Shown here one piece after another: positions 24,726 through 34,342 of a stretch of DNA of 64,000 nt (within the stretch, counting starts at the first letter, position 1; each line of letters starts with the position of its first letter). This stretch comes from Psammoneis japonica (taxonomy: Eukaryota): positions 1 to 64,000 of the forward strand of contig QPGO01000093.1 of assembly GCA_008632985.1 (NCBI GenBank). The letters are read 5' to 3'. A program made the translations under genes and the position numbers. Below the pieces are notes generated by a model that searched no databases, was not told where the DNA came from, and saw only the letters and a list, made by a program, of their open reading frames with translations.

Positions 24726-26730
24726 CTAGCCCAAGAGTGAAGTCGCCTGAATCATCCACGCAAAAACAAGCTTTTCGTTAGCACGCTTTCGCATCGCCTT
24801 CCAATGCTTGGTCAACTTGCCGTTGTCCTTTTCTAGCGATATCAGATTGGCAAGAAACATTTCCAGCCAACGTTCTGCTTCGGAGGCAGCGCCTGCATCT
24901 AAATTGCAGTAACCGCGTTCAAATTGCAGGGTCAACCAGCGATCAGCATCCAACCCTACTTCGTTTATGAGTGTCACAATGTTGTCAAAGGCTTCTTTGT
25001 GTGCAGCAGACTGTGCCTGTTCCGAAGAGGTAACATTGAAGCATCGCCCAAAGATTCGGGCCTGGAAAACAAAGCACATCGCGAGACCGAAACTAGCTCT
25101 ATCGATGTCCTCGAGACTTTCGCTGGTGTCGAACTTGGCAGACGCAGCCATCGGGTGCTGCATGGCTTTCTGACGATTCCTCTCTGAAAGTGCAAGCGGG
25201 TCGTTTCTGACGACGCGAGTCATCATTCCCAGAGCGAGGGGGAGTGGATGATCCGGAGGGCACGCTTCGACAGCAGCTTGTGCCGGTCCCATGTCCTGAG
25301 CATCCAGAGCAAAATCCAAAGACAGCATCCAATGCGTCGCTTGGGGCTTTTCTCTTGACGAGCTTCTTGGCCTTTGCCCAGAGATCGTAAGGATCAAGGG
25401 TTGCATCCAAAGGTGGCAACTTTTTTACGGCTTGCATTCTTTTAACACTTTTCTCTTTTTCCTTTTCTTGCTGCTTGCGAGAGCGCTTCGCATTCTTACA
25501 CAGCTGCTTGTGCCCTGCTTTCCAAGACTTCACTTGACACTCTCGGGAGCAATACACCGCAGATCTACACTTCTGACATAGCTTCGGGTTCGGAACGAGT
25601 TGTTTGCATTGATGACATTCTTGGTGACTGAGCAGGTTTGCATCGAGCCCTGCTATTAGCACCTGTAGAGCATCGCGGCTTGACCAATCAATTCTCTGGC
25701 GAACAAACGGAGGAAGCGCATTACGCTAGGCCTCGGCGCTATCCCAGCACTTTGTAACCATTGCTTTGTCCTTCTCACAAGCATAAACGGAGCAAAGAAA
25801 GTATTCTGCAGCAACGGCATGTCCGTAATCTAAAGGAGTCAATCTGTCCTTGTATTTCTCAACGTCACCAATGACGTGCAAAAGGCATTCTTTCGATTCA
25901 TCCATACGACCAAGATTAAAGAGGACTTTCCCGCGTGACTTTTGAATTTCCCAGCGTTCGAAGGAATCCTTTGGGGTTAAGTTGACAGCTTGGGTCAGCG
26001 CTTAGAGAGCCACGGAGGTCTTATGCATTGACATGTAGGAAGATGCAATGGCATTTCGTAGTCTCCAATCCTTCGGTCGAATTTTAATAGCATTGATAAA
26101 GGAGGGAATCGAGTTCTCCACTCTAGTGGCTCGCAGAATGCATGCCATGACCGCATTTGCCGACGCAACCACTTGTGGTTCATCGTGATTTAACAGACTC
26201 TGAGCAGCCTTTGTCAGTTTTTGATATGCTTTGATCAAACTAAACTTTCCATCGACGGCAACCTTACGCAAGGTTTTGCACCTATTTCGAAGCAGAGGTT
26301 CCTCCGCGATGGCAATGAGCTGCGCATCCGAGACATGGATCAAGCCGCGTTCGTTTGCTTCGACGGTTGTCCATTCTTCGGGGCATTCCACATCGGAAGT
26401 GGACATCGTGAATTGCTCATTTGCCAAACTCTTTTCGTCGTCATTCTTCAGCCGTGTATGCGCCAAGTCCCGAGAAAGCTGGTCACTGGTAGGGTCGTCG
26501 AGAATTGCTTGCGCTGATTGGCGTTCTACTTCCATCCTCAGTCGCTGCTCTTGTTCATAGCAATCATCCCGATGTACCTCCAGAATGCACTCAGGTCGTA
26601 CAGCGACAACTTTATCGGTGTCTTGCACACGCACGGCATATCGGCCCTTCGTGGTGTGGAATTTGACGATTTTGCCCAATTGACCATTGCACTGAGGCTG
26701 ATTCTGCAAGTTATGGATCATCACATCACT
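24726..26730 (-). pseudogene. Disrupted gene for an SH3-like/TPR-like/MYND zinc-finger protein
   Basis: MYND 'CHQC...CQKCRSAVYCSRECQVKSWKAGHKQLC'. The frame continues through TAA (26002-26004) and TAG (25726-25728), with a frameshift near 25330. 5' end uncertain (ORF extends to 27105). Confidence 0.65.
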
Positions 26731-27547
26731 GCCGATAGGGAACAGTCTCGGCTTTCTGACGAGCAGAAGACATTTTGAATTAGAATCTCGAGCAGCTTCA
26801 AGAGATCCACCCTTTCGCTTTTGGGATTGCAACTTGGAACCAAAGACGATGATTTTTGTCGACGCAAACGACGACAGACGACAGATCCATGGAGCAAAGT
26901 TGTCAACTGCGATTCTTCGAGTTTGAGTTGCTCTGGTGAGCTGAGGAGAACAGATGAAACTCGTCCAGCAGACTGCAGACCACGAGCAAACAAGCCGCAA
27001 AAGCCGCCCAACGCTTAAGATGTCCTGCAGTGTGCCTTGCTCGTCGCCTGTTGTCACAAACAGCTGGGAGGTGAGTGCTGAGCTGTTCACAGTTGTTGCA
27101 GACAAGGAGAGTCCAACGCTGCCGAGTTCATTGCCATTTGGGCAGAGATCTCACTCAGCTGGCCTCTCTAATCTCTAGCTACTAGAGTAGCAGAGTGTCT
27201 ATCTGCCTGGGGTCGCTATTGGGTGGTGTTTTCGATGCGACTCATCATCTGTGAGAAGGGCGAGAGCGCATCCAGCATGCGTACGTGCGTGCAGGCAATC
27301 GGAATCAGATCGGAATATTCAACGGAAATGTTTTGGCGGGAAGTAAACAAGTCAAATATTGGTTTTCCCTATATTATTCAACCTTGAAATTGTATATAAT
27401 CAATGAAGGTATTCATATTCCAGGGATTTAAAATTTATAGGCAATTTTTCTTTTTTTTTGCTCTTGTTTGCTCACACAATTCGTTCTGTTGTTGTTTGCC
27501 GGCACTTTAGGCATTCTCATTCTCATTCGTTCTCATCGAAAGTCGCA

Positions 27548-28513
27548 ATGAGGGTCAAGCGGGTGCTGTCGATCTGGGCCATCCCACTCTCTCTTGTTCA
27601 GTACACGGTGATTCCGGCTTCAGTTGACAACACTGCTGTAAGATGGCGGCACCGTTGCAATCTGGACGAGACGTATCTCAATGCCGGGATCATTGACCAC
27701 TTCCGAACTGTTTACTCTTCGCATTCAATAGATCAAAACAGACTGAATGCTGCCCATCAGGATTACACCCATCCGTGTTCACATCACACAAATCGGGCTT
27801 ATTCCTGGACCTATAACGAGGAACAGACCCTGCATGGTTTTCTGGAGTCCACCTTGTTTTTGCCAATACATCTCTTTTGGTTTTTGTATGTCATTCTTTG
27901 CATCCTTGCCACGGCTTACGGTGCTCTATTGGAAACACACCCTGTCTTGGTAAAAAGCTTCACTGCAGCAATGATCGGGGGAATAGGAGACACGATGGCA
28001 CAAATATTTGAGAATGCTGCTTTTCTTGACGACGAAAGCAATCATAACGAGAGTGATTGCGAAAAACAAAAATTTGAATACAACTTCCGTCGAACGCTTT
28101 CAAGTGCTGCAGAGGGACTGTTCGTCTCAGGTCCTCTTATGCATTTTTCTTATGATTACTTGGAAGCTGTTATTCCTGTGAATGGCAAGAGTAGTCATAT
28201 TGCAATGAAATGGGCTGCAACCGTTGCCCAGGTTGCTTTCGACGCCCTTGTCATGGACCCTGTGTTTGTTGGTACTCTTTTTCTAGTACCTGCGATTTTG
28301 GAGGGTCGCAGTCGCTCGATACCCCACATATTCAAGAAAAATTTCATACCGGCTGTCCAGGCTTCCTGGCTGTCGTCTCTGCTCTTTTCGCCTTTGCAAT
28401 GCTTGGCGTTTCGGTACCTTCGATTGGAATTTCGAGTGCTTGCAATGAATTTTCAAGACGTGCTTTGGGAGGGGCTTGTTAGCTTTATTGCGCATCGGAG
28501 CCATAAAACGTGA
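27548..28513 (+). CDS. Mpv17/PMP22-family membrane protein
   Basis: 'LETHPVLVKSFTAAMIGGIGDTMAQ', 'GPLMHFSYDYLE', 'FDALVMDP', 'Q.LAFRYL..EFRVL'. Confidence 0.85.
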   Translation: MRVKRVLSIWAIPLSLVQYTVIPASVDNTAVRWRHRCNLDETYLNAGIIDHFRTVYSSHSIDQNRLNAAHQDYTHPCSHHTNRAYSWTYNEEQTLHGFLESTLFLPIHLFWFLYVILCILATAYGALLETHPVLVKSFTAAMIGGIGDTMAQIFENAAFLDDESNHNESDCEKQKFEYNFRRTLSSAAEGLFVSGPLMHFSYDYLEAVIPVNGKSSHIAMKWAATVAQVAFDALVMDPVFVGTLFLVPAILEGRSRSIPHIFKKNFIPAVQASWLSSLLFSPLQCLAFRYLRLEFRVLAMNFQDVLWEGLVSFIAHRSHKT

Positions 28514-28880
28514 ATTGATAGGTTGAGTTGATGCATTGGTTACTAACACAATAATTCTTAAAATAGATAAGTTTTGGAACGGCATGTATTATTGTGATTC
28601 CGTATCTGCTCAACGAATCTCGGTTGACTCCTCTTTCCGAAACGCATTGGGTTTACTGTGCTGAAAAACGTTGCATACTGAGTTCAACCTCAGAGGCTTG
28701 GGAAATGCACCGAAGCACCGTGAGGATAGGAACCTCATCAGTAGCTGCCACTCACCTTTTGGTCTCTTCTTCGGATCTTAGCAAGCATATTTTTAAATGG
28801 GCAGTAGTTCGTCGATATAAGTAACAATGGATTTATTTTTGTAATGCTCTATGCAAAAGACCGTACTATCGAAAAAGATA

Positions 28881-29467
28881 TCACAATCCCAACTCAGTCA
28901 ATCCAGGATGGTCTTCTGGTCGTGGAGCATCCCACGGCCAATGAAATTTTCGCTCTTCCTCGGTAATAGGAACATCATTAATAGATGCATGACGCTTCGC
29001 CATCAGTCCGTTGCTGTCGAATTCCCAATTCTCGTTCCCTGAAAAGAAGACGAAGTACGATACTGTCAGCTCGTCCCGAATGGAGAGCAGCTACAAGCAC
29101 TAGTATTTCAGTGAATGTGACACTCACCGTATGCACGAAACCATTTACCATCTTCATCGTGATATTCATAGGCAAATCTGACGGCGATACGGTTTTCTCC
29201 ATAGCACCAAATCTCTTTGATGAGACGGTATTCTAGCTCGCGATCCCATTTTCCTGACAGGAAGGCGGCAATCTCGTCTCGGCCCTTGACGAACGTAGAC
29301 CGATTCCTCCATTCTGAGTCGACAGTGTATGCCATTTTGACCTTGTCGGGATTTCGACTATTCCACGCATCTTCTGCCATTCGCACTTTCTTGATTGCAG
29401 TTTCCAGCGTAAAGGGAGGAACGGGAGGCTTGATCTCGGACGTGATGGATGCGGCAGCAGCACTCAT
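28881..29467 (-). CDS. DUF1348 / SnoaL-NTF2-like protein
   Basis: '[35 protein letters not shown]...[13 protein letters not shown]....RIAVRFAYE', one intron (~29039-29128), then 'NENWEFD..GLM..RHASIND'. Confidence 0.9.
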
Positions 29468-29888
29468 TCTTTCGTAGTGACAGTTGTTGAAATGAATTTA
29501 TGAGCGGTTCGGAATATTTCGTAACAGATCCAAGAGAACTCCAACGAAATATATTGACGAAGATCAGCATCATGAATGAAAGATGCCTGTGCGGGCGATC
29601 TCGCAATAAATTCGATTCGCTTCATCGAGCGGAACAAAACCAAAACAAAAACGCTCGGGAAAGATTTAGCGGCTGCGACATTGAGTCGTGATTGAGCAAA
29701 ATGATGATCGGGTGGTGGATACGTAGAATGTATAACAAAACCTACGTGACCACGTCATCCACGAGTCGAAAACCTGAAGGTGAATGAAAGTCCAAGCCAA
29801 CCATTTTTTTGTCGGCGGCAGCGAAACTGAAAACAAGCTGTCGACGCACAATCGTTGTTTGCTTTCACGACGTTCGCTGACTGCAACA

Positions 29889-31844
29889 ATGACGACCGAC
29901 TTTATCGCTTGCAATGTTGATGATTGCCAAAAAAATGCAAAGCTGGTCTCACCAAAAGCGTTGTGCGAACATCTGGCGTCTGGCACTGATGATGAGCAAA
30001 CCCTCCGCGAGAATCGCTCGCCTTTTAATTTGTGGCACCTGCAACCTCGTGTTCTCTGGTCCACAGCAAACCTTTCAACGGTGACTCATTTGTTTGGCCA
30101 AGCTCTCGATTTTCCGGTCTTTGATGCGCTCCAGCTCCAGATGGGTTCCAGTCCTGGGTGGGACTCCGTGTGACATTGGGCCCGTAGAATTTTGCGTGCG
30201 AGCTCCGCAGTGAATTTGTGCTGCAATGAAAATGTAAATGATCGCCAACAGAAAAAGAGGCAATTTTACGAACGCATCTCCTCCTTCATGCTTGCAGCAC
30301 ATCATTGACAGTTTGCCCGGGTGTGTTCTGCAGACATTAAAGAACACACCCAGCGCATTTTCATTCTCACAAATGTTGAAAATAGAAAGCCTTTGGCTTC
30401 GCAAAACAGGGAGTGTGAAGCAATTTCGTAGAATTTAACATGTAGAAATGTGCGCGCGCAACATGCGACGCGACCCAGCTCCAGGTGTGGGACCTCGCAC
30501 TGCTGCACTGTGACATCAACAGTTTTTTGGATCGAGTCGCATGTCGTGCATGCACATTTCCACGTGTTAAATTCTATGAAATTGTTTCACACTCCCTGTT
30601 TTGCGAAGCCAAAGGCTTTCTATTTTCAACATTTGTGAGAATGAAAATGCTCTGGGTGTGTTCTTTGATGTCTGAAGAATGTGCACCCTGGCAAACTGTC
30701 AACCAATGATGTGCTGCAAGTGTGGAGGAGGAGATGCACTCGTAAAATTGCCTCTTTTTCTGTCGGTGATCATTTGCATTTTCATTGCTTTGCAAATTTG
30801 CTGCGGAGCTTGCACGCAGAATTCTGCGGGCCCAATGTCACACGGAGTCCCACCTGGGGCTGGAACCCATCCTTTGTCAGTCCGGCAGGAGCTCATGCAC
30901 TTTGCGACCCAAAACACGTTGAATGCTCCACAGCAAGGGCACGCGGGCGAGACGGGATCAAAGCAATTTTTGGACTGTTGCAGCATGCGACCAGGTTGAT
31001 CGAAGATGTTGCTGCAGTGGCGCCGAACTCAAATCTCTGGTGCCAATCGCATCTTCTCAAAGACCGCCAATTGACTCTTTGGCTCTTGAAACATGCCATC
31101 CAAGCAGGCTGCAAAGGCACATTTCTGATGGTGGACTCTGTTGAGTTTGGATGACATGAGGTGGATGCATGCAATGGGTGAGTTAAAATGCAGCCTTTCT
31201 CACACATGGCTTTTTCGACAGAATGGGAGCTCGCTCAGTTTCGATGCCCTTCCGCCGCCTCACAGATTGGCCAATTGTGACAAGGAAGGTCAATCAAACC
31301 TCGAACAGATGCACAATGGCAAAGCTGAAAAGGCCCGGGGCCAGAATTCTGAGCAAATGTTCGAGCAAGATGTCACATGGGATGATCTGAGATGGCTCAA
31401 GCAACATTGCAAAGGCCTCCCGCTGGTTGTCAAAGGCATCATGACTGCAGAGGATGCCCGCTCGGCGGTGGAAAATGGCGCCAATGGAGCAATGGCATCC
31501 AACCATGGTGGAAGAGCCCTCGGCACATTGCTTGCCTCTGTTGATGCACTTCCAGAGGTTGCAAAGGCCGTTGGTGGCCGCATTCCAGTGCTGTTGGACG
31601 GAGGAGTGTGGCGAGGGATGGATGTTCTGAAGGCTCTTGCGCGACCGCAGTGGGTGTCGGGAAACCCACATTCTTTGCCTTGTCTGCAAATGGCGAAGAA
31701 GCCATCATTGACATGTTGAAAGTGCTGAAGACCAAGCTGGAAGCCGCCATGGCAACATGCGGTGTTGAAAGCATTCATGAAGTGCAAGCAAGCCTCGTGA
31801 CTCGTCACCCCGTCCGTGAACCCTGCATTCATTCGTCGCCATGA
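29889..31844 (+). pseudogene. FMN-dependent alpha-hydroxy-acid oxidase (glycolate oxidase-like) pseudogene interrupted by a foldback insertion
   Basis: 'LASGTDDEQTLRENR', 'PRVL', 'PVF|VSPAG', 'TWDDLRWL', 'LPLVVKGIMTAEDA', 'SNHGGR', 'VLLDGGV.RG.DVLKALA'; with a stop, frameshifts and Tyr-to-Cys/His changes. Confidence 0.9.
30124..30871. mobile_element. 748-bp foldback/MITE-like insertion (two ~335-bp inverted arms)
   Basis: 30140-~30475 is the reverse complement of ~30528-30871. 5-bp TSD CTTTG (30119-30123, 30872-30876). Removing the insert and one TSD restores ccg gtc ttt gtc agt ccg (PVFVSP). Confidence 0.9.
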
Positions 31845-31906
31845 GAAGTTCCGAGGAGGCAGCTTGGTGACCTCCAGCTGGAGAGCTTGTTTTCAATGCG
31901 CCTGTG

Positions 31907-32685
31907 TCATGTGATCCACTGCGGGTTGTTCTCTGTTTCCAAGCATGCCATTTCACTGAGTGTCGTGCAACAATGCAGCCCTTTGGCTTGCGCTTCTTCC
32001 AAAAAGGACTCGATCGCGGTGAAACATGCTTCTCGAAAGCCACATTCAGGCATGTGGAAAATGGCAATGCTCCCATCTGAATGCATCTGGTGCAACATCA
32101 ATGGAGCAACATGGCTTGCATCAGACGCGGAGTCTGAGAAGGCCCAATCATCGCAGCAAGAGTCACACCAAGCACATGTCTGAGCCCCCGTTCGCTTGCG
32201 ACTTCCTTCATGCGTCGCGTCATGAGTCCCTGAGGTGCTCGAAACCATCTGCCACTCTCGACACCTCCATTGATCTCGTTTAAGAAGCTGTTGGAATTCT
32301 GGAGTTCAGCATCGAATTCGTCCTTTGACAGTCTGGAGAAATGCCCTGAAATGTCTTCGCAAAGATGGCTCCCCAACTCATGGCACTCACGGATGAGTTC
32401 ACTCGCAGTTTCAAGCGTCGTGCACTCGGCACAAACAAAGAAAGTTGCATGAGCATTGAAGCGTTGCAAAAGATCCATAATTTCCGGTGGCATTGACGAT
32501 TCAGACCCTCCTCTCGAAAGTCCATCGTCAATCGTCAATGCAACGCAGCCCTCCACGTTCTGCCCTTCAAAGCAAAACCTTGTGTTTCTGCACACTGGGA
32601 AAAGTTTGACCAGCCGTGTCAATTTTCGTACCCCTGTGGATGATGTCATAGCTTTCCAGAACAATTTGATTGCACCCTTCGACAT
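31907..32685 (-). pseudogene. Polysaccharide deacetylase (NodB/CE4-like) pseudogene
   Basis: 'VALTIDDG', 'AHATFFV', 'HELGSH', 'WFRAPQG', 'HVLG/DSCCDDW', 'GSIAIFH'; frameshift ~32165; TpA-depleted. Confidence 0.8.
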
Positions 32686-33010
32686 TGCTGCTTGTTGATG
32701 ATTGTGCTGTGAGCCAGCATCTTTTGAGATGTGCTTGCAACACGGAGACCGAGGAGGCAGAATGTTTTGGGGGAAAGCACCCACAACCCAGCATAAAACC
32801 AACACGTATGTCCCAACAGCAATCTCCAGCCTCTTCATGAGCGTCCAGCACTGAAGCCATTCGCTCTCTACGTTGTTGTCATCAAAGAAGCAACAACGCC
32901 GTAAACCGTCAACAGCGATCATTCGATCATCGCACCGCACGCTCGTGACTAAAAAATGAGGATGACGTCAGCGAACTTTTCGACGACCGAGATTACGCGA
33001 ACGAACGACC

Positions 33011-34309
33011 ATGGTCAAAGCACGAAGAAAAGCGGCCCGGGAGAAAGCAACAAAAAGCGACACCATGGCACGAGTTATTGCGATATTATTGTGTCACCTC
33101 GTTCTGGTGATGTCGTTCTCATCGAGCAGTCGCAGTGCCGTCAACGTGAGAAGAACTGGGCAGTCGCGACGTCTGTCTCGAGAACAAAGAACAGAGCCTG
33201 GTCCGGTCACAGCGGACAGCGATGAACCGGAAATGTCAGAATCAAGACGGGCGCTTCTTTCTTCATTTGCAGCTGGAGCTATGCTAGGGATGATTTCACT
33301 TTACCCTGCTGAAACAGATGCGATTGAAACTGCTGGTAGCAATGTTGATGCTGATACGTCATCCTTTACGGAATCCCCAGAGCTTTTGGTTTCTTCCTCC
33401 GAGGCTGCAGCCGTAGATTGGGGAGGAATAGTTCAGAAAGCAAGTAAGAAGGCGCTCGGAGGAGGCAAAGCTGGCGCTTCAGCTGCTGTTGTGCAAGTGG
33501 GATCCCTAATGTGGTTGCGTACAGCGATGAACTATCAGTATCGATATGGTGGCAATTTAGTAACTTCTCTAGAAGCACTTTGGGCTGAAGGTGGCGTGGC
33601 ACGATTGTATCAAGGTCTACCCTTTGCATTGGTTCAGGGACCGTTGTCTCGATTTGGAGATACGGCAGCAAACGTGGGAGTCCTGGCATTGCTGGAGAGC
33701 TTTGATGTGACGGCATCTCTTCCGCTCCCATTGAAGACTGCGTGTGGGAGTCTGACAGCTGGATTGTGGCGGATATTCATCATGCCTGTAGACACTTCTA
33801 AAACAGCCATGCAAGTGGAGGGCAAGGATGGGTTGGAACGTTTATGGACAAAAGTCGGTAGAGAAGGGCCATCACCACTCTACCAAGGAGCCTTTGCGTC
33901 AGCAGCAGCCACTTCTGTGGGTCACTTTCCATGGTTTCTAACATACAACTTCCTCAACGAGGTCATACCCGCAGTGTCTGCATCCGACGACCTCTTTTTG
34001 TCCCTCGTGCGTTCCGCCTTTCTGGGTCTCTGCGCATCAGGTGTTTCAGATACATGTTCCAATAGTCTTCGAGTAATCAAAACGACAAAGCAGACAGCCG
34101 GCCTCGCAGCTGCACCGACCTCAGAAGAATCGAACGGAACACCTGTGGAGCTTTCGTACAAGGAAGCAGTGAATCTAATTATTGAAAAGGACGGATTCCT
34201 TGGGCTCTTCGGTCGAGGCTTGCAGACTCGACTTTTGACAAACGCTATCCAAGGAGCTCTGTTCTCCGTGCTCTGGCGATACTTTCAGCAGGTTGGTGGT
34301 GCTCAATGA
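33011..34309 (+). CDS. Mitochondrial-carrier-family protein with N-terminal targeting extension (start possibly ~33065)
   Basis: 'LMWLRTAMNYQYRYG', 'LYQGLPFALVQGPLSRFGDTAAN', 'MPVDTSKT..Q', 'GLFGRGLQTR'. Confidence 0.85.
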   Translation: MVKARRKAAREKATKSDTMARVIAILLCHLVLVMSFSSSSRSAVNVRRTGQSRRLSREQRTEPGPVTADSDEPEMSESRRALLSSFAAGAMLGMISLYPAETDAIETAGSNVDADTSSFTESPELLVSSSEAAAVDWGGIVQKASKKALGGGKAGASAAVVQVGSLMWLRTAMNYQYRYGGNLVTSLEALWAEGGVARLYQGLPFALVQGPLSRFGDTAANVGVLALLESFDVTASLPLPLKTACGSLTAGLWRIFIMPVDTSKTAMQVEGKDGLERLWTKVGREGPSPLYQGAFASAAATSVGHFPWFLTYNFLNEVIPAVSASDDLFLSLVRSAFLGLCASGVSDTCSNSLRVIKTTKQTAGLAAAPTSEESNGTPVELSYKEAVNLIIEKDGFLGLFGRGLQTRLLTNAIQGALFSVLWRYFQQVGGAQ

Positions 34310-34342
34310 TAGAACTCAAAGTCATGTCCTTATATGTAGCAG

